Part shown: positions 21,601 through 30,003 of the stretch, piece by piece
How the letters are laid out: every line of letters begins with the position of its first letter
Numbering within the stretch: the stretch's first letter is position 1
From: Gammaproteobacteria bacterium
GTDB taxonomy: Bacteria; Pseudomonadota; Gammaproteobacteria; JAJFKO01
Direction: 5' to 3'
NCBI GenBank assembly: GCA_021773175.1
Contig: JAJFKO010000064.1
Coordinates: forward strand, 122,773-186,772
Length of the DNA stretch: 64,000 nucleotides
Translations under genes and position numbers: made by a program
Notes under the pieces: model-generated
What the model was told of the DNA's origin: nothing
What the model saw: the letters and a program-made list of their open reading frames with translations, nothing else
Database searches by the model: none

Positions 21601-24179
21601 AGACTAAGGCTTTAATAAAAATTAGTGAAGGAGGCTCTTGTGGATTACGCTTTCCAGGGCGATTTCTCGATTATCTTAATGGTAAAAATAATCAAAAAAA
21701 TGCAGTCATCTCGTCAGGAAAGGTAATGACATATAAAGAATTACGACAGAAAGTTAATGCCTTTAGTAATTTCTTTCAAGTGAATGAAATTGCAGAAGGA
21801 ACAGTTATTGCTTTATGTGGAATTAAACAAAATGATATTGTTGCAATTATTCTGGCTATTTTTAGTAGCAATCTTACATATTTGCCAATTGATCGAAACT
21901 TACCTCAAGAGAGGATTAACTATATGTTAGACAATGCTGCTTGTCGTCATGTTTTCTTTGCAAGTGAGACTAAAGTTAATGAAAAGATCACGTTAAAAAA
22001 TATGAATTTATATAATATGAATGATTTATCATTATCTACAAGTCAAGTTTGTCAACACCCTAAGATATCAATGAATATGGCTGCTTATATATTCTATACT
22101 TCTGGTTCAACAGGTTTGCCTAAAGGTGTGATTATAAGTTATAAATCATTACTTAATTTATTAATTGTTGCTCAAAGACAATTAAAGTTCACAAGTAAAG
22201 ATACATTTTTATCTCTTGGCGCTTTACAATTTGATATTGTTATATTTGAAATTTTAGCCCCATTATTTCTTGGTAGTACATTGCTATTTGAAGAGCAAAC
22301 GATTATTTTTGATGAGAATTACTTTAAGGAGCTTATAAAGAATTACAAGGTATCTATTATTCAAGCAACACCTACTGCTTGGAAAAATATTATTTCACAT
22401 GACGATTTATCGCTAAAAAATATTCAGGTAATGTCAACGGGTGAAGCAATAACAAAAGATCTTGCTAATAAGCTCTTTGCAAAATCCGCCAAGAGCATAT
22501 TCAATCTTTATGGACCAACAGAAGCGACTATCTGGACATCCTATTATAAGCTATCAAAAGACTTGAGCAACGTTATAAATATCCCATTAGGAAGACCTCT
22601 GGAAAACTACAATATTTATATCGTTGATCAAAGCTTACAGTTATGCTCACATTATCTTCCTGGTGAAATATGTATTGCGGGAATAGGACTTGCAAAATAT
22701 TATCTAAATAATGTTGATGCAAACAGGTTTATTAAAAATCCATTCACACATAAAAAGTCATATCAAACTTTATATAAAACAGGCGATCTTGGTTTCTGGG
22801 ATGAAAATGAAAATTTAGTTTATCTAGGTAGAAAAGATAGGCAAATAAAAGTAAAAGGTGTTCGTGTAGAGTTATCAGAGATAGAGCGATGTTTACTTGA
22901 GCATAAATCAATACAGCAATGTATTGTCATACAAAACAATAATGATGAAAATACACAGTTATTGGCTTACGTTGTTTTTGTAAACAAACAAAATAATAAT
23001 GAGTTAGAGCTTGAGATACGTCAATATTTAATATCGAAATTACCTGCAGCAATGCAACCAGATTATTTAGTGGCTATAGAAACACTACCTATGAATGCAA
23101 ATAATAAAATTGATTTAAATAGGCTGCCTAAACCTAAACCTAAAGTTAATGAAATTAATTTAAAATGTGTACATGCTTCTAGTCAAGAAGAAAAGATCAT
23201 TGCAAAAATCTGGTCTGAAGCATTAAAGATTGAGTTTGATAAAATCAGCATGTCTGATAATTTTTTTCACGCAGGTGGAGACTCTATTGCCGCCTTATAT
23301 TTGATAAGTAGCTTAGCCAACAAACTTAATGTTAACCTTGAAGTTCAACATATATTCTATTACCCGACAGTTAAATCACTGGCGGACTTTATTAAGATTA
23401 GGAAGATCAAAAAAGTTCCGAAGCATTCAGGCAATCAAGCTTATAAAAAAGATAGCTCGGCAATGATTAACTTACAATATGTTGCTAATAGTCGCCCTAT
23501 ATTTCTTATTCATCCCATTGGCGGTAACATTTTTAGGTATCTACCATTAGCAAAAGGATTTTCTAATCAACGTTCTGTTTATGCTATTCAGGATCCTGGT
23601 ATTGCAAGTCGAAGTTATATGTTTGACTCATTAACTGAACTAGCTGAATATTATTTTTCTCTAATTAAAGCAGTACAAACAGAAGGACCTTATATTATAG
23701 GTGGCGCTTCTTTTGGTTCTAGTGTTGCTATTGAAATAGCCAAATTACTTATAGATCGAGATATAGATAATCCTAAAATTTTATCAATAGACGGTTGGGG
23801 GCAATATCCTGCTAAGGTTAGTCATGATCGAGACTGGTTTGAGAATAATATTACCCGTCAAAATAAAGAATTACTAGCGATGTTACCTAAGGGAACGTCT
23901 CTTCCTGAACTTATATTAGATCTACAGTGGCAAAGACAACAACTGATAGCAAAATGGAAGATGCAAGCACGAAGTTATGATTTAGTACTTTTCAAAGCTA
24001 AACTGCTTTTACCGGTGCTTCAAAGTTTTGATGGAGAATTTAATCATCTTGATGACACTTGTTTAACTAAAATTAAAAAATATATTATTGCAGGTAATCA
24101 TGAAACTATGATGAATGCCCCAAACATACATAAATTAATCAGACAAATAAAAATACTTCTAAATAAAGATAAGCTATAG
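15630..24179 (+). CDS. Two-module non-ribosomal peptide synthetase, C*-A-T-E-C-A-T-TE; start may be 15639
   Basis: C1 HHILLGG (16119); A1 FTSGTTGTPK (17502); T1 LGGDS (18696); E HHLIFD, ESTGRE, SWFT, FNYLG; C2 HHIIMDG (20709); A2 YTSGSTGLPKG (22095); T2 AGGDS (23274); TE GASFG (23703) and GNHE. Confidence 0.95.
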   Translation: MLVMAQIKKTIKKALIKHKKLATEKLTTEEKYELSAIQKGMLYHSELNDTAGIYHLQVHISLNENIDVSLLQRAWRIVRNKYPILQCCLSDSDIQKAKLIKKKHMISKIETFDLTRNKMNQKKRFKKITSVARNLPFNLTQAPLMRIQLFKFKKQSYKLVWSYHHILLGGNSVVKVASDIMQIYDELKVGRLSSKSREIYPVIIPEFTMINKDWQKYWLDIFKDYSFREIQLCTKALKKLPIEQGTITNIIKRVSASSLQAQAKSISVTANTVILAAWAILLGIYADVDDVVLGSVRALPEEFSEENIGLFMNSLPIRANVKNTITVKVLLNNIRKQQNNFKHVVRTSPADLKHLLGINLGSDIYSTIVDYKPIAFRNYFKGQSPCFLNRDIDHFGTTNHDISLEIQVDDDALYGRVAYNKNKYYKQHIKKLFLQFEVILEALTLASECNSLGEIKEASLKKDFMSRFNNKIDIKQYSNVTLASTFIDVANHYPFNIAIRDSNINMKYGELNFYTNKIANYIGKRVSKKFQVVGIALSNKIDIIATMLALNKLNKTYVYLDTSLPKGRIMSMMNSSNMQIVICGSNAFNFNIKKLIFNKSRIIKYNGKNVKVVNEKSNPAFIIFTSGTTGTPKAIPIKDSSIINFVKDNDCFEINSRDRVAQVSSLAFDASTFEIWGALLNAASLEIICKEDFIDVNKFKENIVKRSVSIILLTTAYLNEIISIEPTLLGRINLVLFGGEQVNTGLFKKYFLNKDVLKPRKLIHLYGPAEATTASLYHYVTKKDINKHTIPIGKPMKNNSAYVLDHNLQLTPDGVIGELYISGLGLADGYLNQIKNTRKSFINVDFPDEGIVTLYKTNDLVRVNQFGEIEYIGRKDNQVKYNGYRIELEEIEKSIERLPAVKQAVALLSKDTNGHTKLLAYILFDALVKNISPAKIRLELKKYLPAYMLPSSIISIDSLPINGNGKIAKEALPLHDDSRFEIASSDSMVAYTQVERMLENIWQECLVINRVKININHNFYELGGDSIISISVAAKIRQKGYDISTQDILDNPTIYELARFLDSSEKKLKKIRLLKIDSVPLLIAQEWFFENVASDARNFIQSYKLVINEDVDIPRLKTAIEMALNNIDAFRTCFYKKDGLIFQKIINDSKTTMPIECRLVKNRHDIKDVISKIKKEALNHIELDANKLTYSVIIEDDVVNTDYFCFFVHHLIFDYISWSVLSKYILKYYQDSDYNITSKERALLNANMPYAIKCKEYINDMSQDYFVNPPVSNDKAATHNVYNTFCLSSALSDKEILNKNNYSSEESVNIDINISNINELLNMQIQKNISIPELLLAVLNLTFININKRSVPVTIALESTGRENTLNGIDITESISWFTIISEIVIGLIQTDDVIENIKSIHDQIRKIKTSSYLENIAAMTATNKRHKQKAEVSFNYLGLLTKRSNNELFLELEELKLYADIKLRRPFVLDLCAFINNNTITVKFDFNSRLLDSKKIELLASAYKDNLFHAIDKVLKENKAIYSIYDFRLPDITRGQFDQVIEKIHRINHSCKDIKITKLYQLSYLQQGLLFQNKLNNESSNYLIQAMVEVDSKVNMKIFVQVLRDIYTKFDIFRTGFIYDELSFPVQYVLKNIDSQITYLNWRVYNKSKVENKLNQFLKVDRENIFDLSMPPLLRFNLININNKRTILLATYHHIIMDGWSMQVFLKEIVNNYLEYGRIVNNNMDLQYDKYIDYIYKEMKKDKLSSTNIKNNVDSPSQLIGNINKNRESLSTVSVERYDISISHKLTDKLNAIAKKRHVSLNTIMQAAFSLLIHKYTYRYEVLIGMVLSGRNIQIENIENMLGLLIYSVPFSVKINPNDNLQNFLDEIQEIISHSDKEKFLKGHGSNTKINSKFHDAFDILYVFENYPKKDVHDECILASNLRVIEQTHFPLTCLIQPADNIKISISYKNNQYDENYIVNFVKNYLLILDGISDNRLLNLSEINISDDKKTKALIKISEGGSCGLRFPGRFLDYLNGKNNQKNAVISSGKVMTYKELRQKVNAFSNFFQVNEIAEGTVIALCGIKQNDIVAIILAIFSSNLTYLPIDRNLPQERINYMLDNAACRHVFFASETKVNEKITLKNMNLYNMNDLSLSTSQVCQHPKISMNMAAYIFYTSGSTGLPKGVIISYKSLLNLLIVAQRQLKFTSKDTFLSLGALQFDIVIFEILAPLFLGSTLLFEEQTIIFDENYFKELIKNYKVSIIQATPTAWKNIISHDDLSLKNIQVMSTGEAITKDLANKLFAKSAKSIFNLYGPTEATIWTSYYKLSKDLSNVINIPLGRPLENYNIYIVDQSLQLCSHYLPGEICIAGIGLAKYYLNNVDANRFIKNPFTHKKSYQTLYKTGDLGFWDENENLVYLGRKDRQIKVKGVRVELSEIERCLLEHKSIQQCIVIQNNNDENTQLLAYVVFVNKQNNNELELEIRQYLISKLPAAMQPDYLVAIETLPMNANNKIDLNRLPKPKPKVNEINLKCVHASSQEEKIIAKIWSEALKIEFDKISMSDNFFHAGGDSIAALYLISSLANKLNVNLEVQHIFYYPTVKSLADFIKIRKIKKVPKHSGNQAYKKDSSAMINLQYVANSRPIFLIHPIGGNIFRYLPLAKGFSNQRSVYAIQDPGIASRSYMFDSLTELAEYYFSLIKAVQTEGPYIIGGASFGSSVAIEIAKLLIDRDIDNPKILSIDGWGQYPAKVSHDRDWFENNITRQNKELLAMLPKGTSLPELILDLQWQRQQLIAKWKMQARSYDLVLFKAKLLLPVLQSFDGEFNHLDDTCLTKIKKYIIAGNHETMMNAPNIHKLIRQIKILLNKDKL

Positions 24180-24220
24180 GTTATACCTCGCTCGCACTTC
24201 GAAGTGCGAGAGGGTATAAC
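24180..24220. repeat. Palindromic element directly after the NRPS stop (family B); probable bidirectional terminator
   Basis: GTTATACC-TCG-CTCGCACTTCGAAGTGCGAG-AG-GGTATAAC; the core 20 bp is a perfect palindrome. Confidence 0.7.
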
Positions 24221-24259
24221 TAGATAGTTAAATTTCAGATGGCATTAGCGTTTTTTGCT

Positions 24260-24853
24260 TTATAAGCAAGCTTGTATCTGTTCTTCTTTAAAAAGGTCAA
24301 CAAGCTTATTCATGGCATGATGTATATGAGCTGAATTACCATCAACTCGACTGAACATAATAGCCCCTTGAGTTAATGAAATATTTTCTTCTGCAAGCGC
24401 TTTAGCTTCAGCTTCACTATACTTTGAACTTAAAATATGAATGAGGGCTTTGCGCCAGTCATTAAAGTATGCTTGTATATAGTTATCAAGTTCTTTAATT
24501 TGTCCACCTATTTCAAGTGCAAAATTACCAATTATACAGCCGCTGTTAATATCTTGATAATGTTCAGTTATAGCATTGGTGAAACGTTTAATTCTTTCAT
24601 CGCCACTGAGTTGATCTAGATACAGAATAGAAAAATAGTTTGCTACAGCATATTCGTAATTTTGCTTTAAGACAGTAATAGCAAGATCGAGCTTACTCGT
24701 AGTATGGTGATAGATACTGGCTTTACTGAGGTCACATGCTTTAGCAATATCGGAAATAGATGTATTAAAGTAACCTTGGGTTTTAAAAAGAAATGTTGCT
24801 TTGTTTATAAGACTTTGTGTACTAATTTTTTGGACTGGCATATCTAACCTCAA
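24260..24853 (-). CDS. TetR/AcrR family transcriptional regulator (LmrA/YxaF-like); start may be 24841
   Basis: F..QGYFNTSISDIAKACDLSKASIYHH..SK HTH; C-terminal GCIIGNFALE. Confidence 0.9.
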   Translation of the reverse strand: MRLDMPVQKISTQSLINKATFLFKTQGYFNTSISDIAKACDLSKASIYHHTTSKLDLAITVLKQNYEYAVANYFSILYLDQLSGDERIKRFTNAITEHYQDINSGCIIGNFALEIGGQIKELDNYIQAYFNDWRKALIHILSSKYSEAEAKALAEENISLTQGAIMFSRVDGNSAHIHHAMNKLVDLFKEEQIQACL

Positions 24854-25022
24854 TTCAATTATAGATTAGAGAAAACATAGTTAGACGTCACATAAATTCT
24901 AAATATCGTTTTCATTCTAATCTTTAAATTATAAAAATAAATGTAAATGATTACAGTAAAAAGATAGGTTATTGTTGTTTAGATTATGATGCCGTTAATT
25001 ACTGCTCTATGCAACTAGTTTG

Positions 25023-26357
25023 TCAAAGATAGGTCAATTTTTTGAGTAAGCAATAATAAAAGCCATCCATAAATTGACTATCAGGAAATATTTGTCTACC
25101 GAATGGTAAGCTTAAGCCCCACTGTTGATCGTCTAAAACAACTTCTTGCATATCAGAATGTGATTGTAATGCTTTTGCTATTTGCTCAGAATTTTCTTCT
25201 GGAAGAATAGAACATGTGACATAAAGTAAAAGTCCACCAGGTGCAAGTAAAGGCCATAAAGCATTAAGCAGCCGTTGTTGTTGTTTTACTAAAGCTATTA
25301 TGTCCGTTGCTTTGCGTAATAACTTAATATCAGGATGACGCCGAATAACACCTGTTGCAGAGCATGGAGTATCTAATAAAATGCGATCAAAATATTTTTT
25401 ATCCCACCAACTATCTACAGCTCCACTATCAGCGCAAATCAACTCTGCAGTTACTTGATGACGCTGTAAATTTTCTTCAACTCTTGTTAATCGTGTGGCG
25501 CTGTTATCAATAGCGACACAGGCGCTGAGTTGTGGTTGTTGTTCTAGAATATGTAGTGTTTTACCACCTGGTGCGCAACAAGCATCTAAGACACGTTGTC
25601 CAGTTTGTAATTGTAACAGCGGCGCGGCAAGCTGCGCTGCTTCATCTTGTACACTAACAAAACCTTGTTGAAAATATGGTAGTGTTTCAATTGCAACCTT
25701 ATCTTCTAGTCTGATGCCATATGGACTATGTGTTGTTGGTAATGCCGCGATATTTTCTTCGGCTAATTCTTTTAAATAATTATCGCGAGATATTTTTTGT
25801 TGATTAACCCGTAAAGTTAACGGTGGGTATTGATTGTTCGCCGTACAAATTGTTTGCCAATGTTCAGGCCAGGCTTGTTGTAACACTTTTAATAGCCAAG
25901 CAGGATGGGAAAATTGTGCCGCTGCGGGCGCGGTTAGTAATTGCTTTGCTAGTGATTCTTTTTGGCGTTGTAAATTACGCAATACGGCATTAACCAAATT
26001 TGTTGCCCACATTTTCTTGAGTGCTTTAGTAATTTGTACCGTTTCTGCGATGGCAGCATGATCCGGAACGCGCATATACAACAGCTGATAAAAGCCGATA
26101 AAGATACAAAGCTTAATATCAAGATCTTTATCTTTTAATGGTTTTTTTAGTAATTGTTGTAGATGCCATTCAAGTTGTTGGTACCAGCGACAGACGCCGT
26201 AACAGAGTTCTTGTATGAAGGCTTTATCTTTACTGTTATCAATAGTAGATTCCGCATTCAACTCGGCTAACACGTCCGTTAAGTTGCGCCCTTGTTGAAT
26301 AATCGCTAATAATAATTTAAGTGCTTGATGTCGTGATGTCATTTCAACTTTTACCAT
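25023..26357 (-). CDS. rsmB: 16S rRNA m5C967 methyltransferase
   Basis: NusB-like N-terminus, VQDEAAQ, LDACCAPGGKT, LDTPCSATGVIRRHPD, YVTCS, DGFYY. Confidence 0.95.
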   Translation of the reverse strand: MVKVEMTSRHQALKLLLAIIQQGRNLTDVLAELNAESTIDNSKDKAFIQELCYGVCRWYQQLEWHLQQLLKKPLKDKDLDIKLCIFIGFYQLLYMRVPDHAAIAETVQITKALKKMWATNLVNAVLRNLQRQKESLAKQLLTAPAAAQFSHPAWLLKVLQQAWPEHWQTICTANNQYPPLTLRVNQQKISRDNYLKELAEENIAALPTTHSPYGIRLEDKVAIETLPYFQQGFVSVQDEAAQLAAPLLQLQTGQRVLDACCAPGGKTLHILEQQPQLSACVAIDNSATRLTRVEENLQRHQVTAELICADSGAVDSWWDKKYFDRILLDTPCSATGVIRRHPDIKLLRKATDIIALVKQQQRLLNALWPLLAPGGLLLYVTCSILPEENSEQIAKALQSHSDMQEVVLDDQQWGLSLPFGRQIFPDSQFMDGFYYCLLKKLTYL

Positions 26358-27039
26358 ACACTGTCACGACAGCTCCACGTGTGACTTTATTTTCGCTTGA
26401 GCAAAGCTGCATGATAATTGCAGCTAAATCTTTTGGTTTAACCCATAAAGAAAAGTCCGCATCTGGCATAGCTGCACGATTTGCTGCAGTATCAATAATG
26501 GATGGCGCAATAGCATTGACATAAATATCCTTCTGAATCACTTCTTCAGCAAGACTTTGTGTTATGGCTGCAACAGCTGCTTTACTCGCTGTATAGGCTA
26601 CCATGTTGGCACCTTGTCGCGGTTCTAAAGCGGGACGGGCTGCAACATTAACGATATAACCACCTTGATTTGCAAATTTAGTAACAGCTTCTCGACAACA
26701 AAGGAAGCAAGTTGTCGCATTAATATCGATTTGTTGTGAAAATGTTTCTTGTGATGTTGCTGTTATTGCACCCATAGTAAAGCCACCAGCAAGATGAATC
26801 GATGCGTGAATGTTTGGTAATGATTGGTAGAATTCACTAACTGCATTTTCATTGGTTAGATCAATAGGGGCTGTTAAACTAACTTGTTCGTGATTATTTA
26901 ATGCAAAATTGTCTATTTCTACATTGCTAATACAAGGAATATGTAAGTTAGCGCCTAAATCAATAAACGCCTCGACAACAGCTTGGCCTAGTCCGCCGGT
27001 ACCACCGGTAATAACAATGTGCTTGCCGTTAAAATCCAT
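26344..27039 (-). CDS. Short-chain dehydrogenase/reductase, dihydropteridine-reductase-like
   Basis: TGGTGGLG, YTASK (YxxxK), IIDTAANRAAMPDADFSLW. Confidence 0.8.
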   Translation of the reverse strand: MDFNGKHIVITGGTGGLGQAVVEAFIDLGANLHIPCISNVEIDNFALNNHEQVSLTAPIDLTNENAVSEFYQSLPNIHASIHLAGGFTMGAITATSQETFSQQIDINATTCFLCCREAVTKFANQGGYIVNVAARPALEPRQGANMVAYTASKAAVAAITQSLAEEVIQKDIYVNAIAPSIIDTAANRAAMPDADFSLWVKPKDLAAIIMQLCSSENKVTRGAVVTVYGKS

Positions 27040-27049
27040 ATTCTTCTCC

Positions 27050-27337
27050 TTATGTAATATTATTCATGAATGATGCCATATCAATATCACGTTGTGTAAT
27101 GCCACCAGCATCATGGGTCGTTAACGTAATTTCTACGCGGTTATAGACATTGAACCACTCAGGATGATGGTTCACAACATCACAATGTAGTGCAACGCGA
27201 GTCATAAAGCCAAAAGCAGCATTAAAATCTTTAAACTGGAATTTTTTGTGGATTTTGAGGCCATCATCGCTGACTTGCCAATCATTGACTGTTGCAAGAG
27301 CTTGTTCTAACGCTGAACCGTGTAGCTTATCTGTCAT
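27050..27337 (-). CDS. phhB: Pterin-4-alpha-carbinolamine dehydratase
   Basis: [40 protein letters not shown]. Confidence 0.93.
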   Translation of the reverse strand: MTDKLHGSALEQALATVNDWQVSDDGLKIHKKFQFKDFNAAFGFMTRVALHCDVVNHHPEWFNVYNRVEITLTTHDAGGITQRDIDMASFMNNIT

Positions 27338-27363
27338 GGGTTTCTCTCCTGAGTTAGTTATTT

Positions 27364-27384
27364 TAGGACTTACTGTTAGCCCTA
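27364..27384. repeat. Collapsed or degenerate family A copy
   Basis: TAGGACTTAC-TGT-TAGCCCTA just past the fmt stop. Confidence 0.35.
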
Positions 27385-27387
27385 TAT

Positions 27388-28344
27388 TTAGTGGAAAATA
27401 CTATTAATTATAAATAAGTCTGGTTTAGCATTAAGAATATCTCTAACGGCTAAGGCTTTACCGCCCGGCAATTGTATTTGTAATAAACGTAAAATACCAT
27501 CACCCGTTGCCACATCGATGCCTGCTTTACTGCAGCAGATAATGCTTCCAGGTTTGGCATCAGTGCTTTCACTTATTACCATCGCTTGCCAAATTCGTAC
27601 AGTTTGATCGTTCAGTGTCGTATGCGTTACTGGCCAAGCATAAAATGCGCGGGTCATGCGTTCAATAGATTCAGCAGATTGTTGCCAATCAATTTTAGCT
27701 TCTTGTTTAGTAACCTTATGAGCATAAGTTGCTAAATCATTATTTTGCTTTTCAGGTATTACTTGATTCTTTGCAATGAGAGGTAAGGTTTCTAATAGTG
27801 TGCTTGCACCAAGCTGCGCTAATCTATCATATAAATCTTGTTGAGTATCTGTATTTGTAATGGCTAATTTTATAACTTTCCACATATCACCAGTATCTAG
27901 TCCTTCAGCCATTTGCATGATGGTGACACCGATTTCTTTGTCTCCAGCAAGTAATGCTCGTTGAATAGGTGCTGCGCCACGCCAGCGAGGCAGAATCGAG
28001 AAATGTATATTAATACAACCCAACGAAAAAAGATTGAGTACTGTGGCTGGCAGGATTAGTCCATAGGCAGCAACAATCATGATATCTGCATGGTAACTGG
28101 CAAGTTGCTGTTGTGATTCTGGTTCTTTCAAACTAATAGGTTGCTGCACATCAATACCATGCTTTAATGCGGTGGTTTTTACAGAACTAGGCGTGAGTTT
28201 GCGACCACGGCCAGCAGGACGATCCGGTTGTGTATAAACGGCAACGACATGATGTTCAGAGGCAACTAATTTTTCTAATGCGGGTACCGCAAAATCGGGT
28301 GTGCCGGCGTAAATAATTTTTAATGGCTTATGTGGCATATGCAT
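27388..28344 (-). CDS. fmt: Methionyl-tRNA formyltransferase
   Basis: [49 protein letters not shown]. Confidence 0.97.
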   Translation of the reverse strand: MHMPHKPLKIIYAGTPDFAVPALEKLVASEHHVVAVYTQPDRPAGRGRKLTPSSVKTTALKHGIDVQQPISLKEPESQQQLASYHADIMIVAAYGLILPATVLNLFSLGCINIHFSILPRWRGAAPIQRALLAGDKEIGVTIMQMAEGLDTGDMWKVIKLAITNTDTQQDLYDRLAQLGASTLLETLPLIAKNQVIPEKQNNDLATYAHKVTKQEAKIDWQQSAESIERMTRAFYAWPVTHTTLNDQTVRIWQAMVISESTDAKPGSIICCSKAGIDVATGDGILRLLQIQLPGGKALAVRDILNAKPDLFIINSIFH

Positions 28345-28351
28345 GGCCTTA

Positions 28352-29104
28352 TTAAATAATAAAAGTAAATGATAATATATGTTCTATGTTGTTACGTTTT
28401 CGCCCTAAACGCAAACGATTCATATAACCTATTATAAGACTGACTTTTTTCGTTAAGGGTATACTGGTACCAATAAAAAATCTATTCTCAGCAAAAACAC
28501 GAGAGGATACCCAAAAGGGATGATTAAAATTAAAAAAAGGTTCTTCGGAAATAATTAACGGATATTGTGATGTAATCAATTTTGGAAGAATTAACCGAAT
28601 TTGTTCACGTATTCGATAAGCCCAGCTATTGAATTCAATAAACTGTCGCTCCTCAATGCGTGTGATGAAATCTAGAATCCAAGTAGGGTGAACAATGGCA
28701 TCCCAAGAAACTTGTTGAAAAGCACGATTTTCATGGCCAACAAGACCTTTTAAATTTTTACGAGCAGTCCATACATAACCTAACCAAACAGAAACAGGAG
28801 ATGAAACTTGATAGCCAATGGCGCCACGTAATAGCAGTTGTTGAAAAACCGGATCGCGAGTACGCAGACGATTTTGTATATCGGCAAAATATAACCATTT
28901 TTTATTACTATTACTAAGATGACCAACATCTAAAAAATTTATCCAAGAGTTAAGATGGCCTCGAATTGGGTTTGCATAACTATTTGTTATGTGGCTTAGT
29001 AAGAAAAAACATAAACTAAAGCATAGTAGTAACTTAGATAAATTGTATCGACTATCGACATAGGATTTAATCTTGATGTTATTTTTCATAGTCAATAACT
29101 GCAC
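28352..29104 (-). CDS. DUF2490-like outer-membrane beta-barrel protein
   Basis: Signal peptide; QQLLLRGAIGY, ENRAFQQ, RIREQIR, ENRFFIG, GYMNR pattern. Confidence 0.7.
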   Translation of the reverse strand: MQLLTMKNNIKIKSYVDSRYNLSKLLLCFSLCFFLLSHITNSYANPIRGHLNSWINFLDVGHLSNSNKKWLYFADIQNRLRTRDPVFQQLLLRGAIGYQVSSPVSVWLGYVWTARKNLKGLVGHENRAFQQVSWDAIVHPTWILDFITRIEERQFIEFNSWAYRIREQIRLILPKLITSQYPLIISEEPFFNFNHPFWVSSRVFAENRFFIGTSIPLTKKVSLIIGYMNRLRLGRKRNNIEHILSFTFII

Positions 29105-29903
29105 TACAATAAGGACAGTTTTGTTGATGTTCTTGCAAAGCCTGTTCCGTTATCGGACTGCGACATTGGCGACACTGAATGGTATTGGTTGTCTCTAAGG
29201 TTGCATCAACGCCAATACGTTTATCAAAAACAAAACATTCACCTTCATAAAAATCATTACCACATTGTTCAAAGTAATTTAAAATGCCACCATCTAATTG
29301 GAACACATTCTTAAAACCTTGTTGTTGCATATATACAGCAGCTTTTTCACAGCGAATACCACCCGTACAATAAGTGACGACAGTTTTTTCTTTTAAATCA
29401 TTTGGCAATTGTTTTACATAGTTGGCAAAATCAGTGAATGATTCTATCGGCGGCGTTATGGCATCTTTGAATTTACCGAGTTTATATTCATAGGTATTAC
29501 GAGTATCTAAGACAACCATATCTTTGTTTTCTGCATACCAAGACTTTAATTCTTCCGGTGTCACATAAGGTGCTGGCTTTGCCTGAGGATTAATATTTTC
29601 TTGGCTGAATTTGATGATTTCTTTTTTGACTTTTACTAGCATGCGCCTAAAAGGTATGTTTGGAGAGACACTATCTTTGTATTGTAAATCATTAAGTTCA
29701 GGGTGTGACGCTAGAAAGGTTTGATAGTTTTCAATATTGTCTTTACGGCCAGCAAGATTGAGATTAATGCCTTCATTACTTAGTAAGACAGTGCCTTTTA
29801 ATTCAAGTGCCTGACCTTTCGTTAAAAATGTTTCGCGTAAAGCGGCTAAGTCGTAATGTGTTAGACCAACAAATTTGTAGGCTGATGTATTGATGATGTC
29901 CAT
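29079..29903 (-). CDS. trhO: Rhodanese-domain tRNA uridine(34) hydroxylase
   Basis: YKFV, LKGTVLLSNEGIN, LDTRNTYE..LGKFKDA, YCTGGIRCEKA, QLDGGILNY, GECFVFDKR. Confidence 0.9.
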   Translation of the reverse strand: MDIINTSAYKFVGLTHYDLAALRETFLTKGQALELKGTVLLSNEGINLNLAGRKDNIENYQTFLASHPELNDLQYKDSVSPNIPFRRMLVKVKKEIIKFSQENINPQAKPAPYVTPEELKSWYAENKDMVVLDTRNTYEYKLGKFKDAITPPIESFTDFANYVKQLPNDLKEKTVVTYCTGGIRCEKAAVYMQQQGFKNVFQLDGGILNYFEQCGNDFYEGECFVFDKRIGVDATLETTNTIQCRQCRSPITEQALQEHQQNCPYCSAVIDYEK

Positions 29904-30003
29904 AGTAAGTTCCTAGCTATAATAGGGTTTTATGTATTAGCAAAGATAAACTCTTGATAATATTGAGAAAAGTTCCATATGTCAATCTTAAAGGAAAGTT
30001 TTT

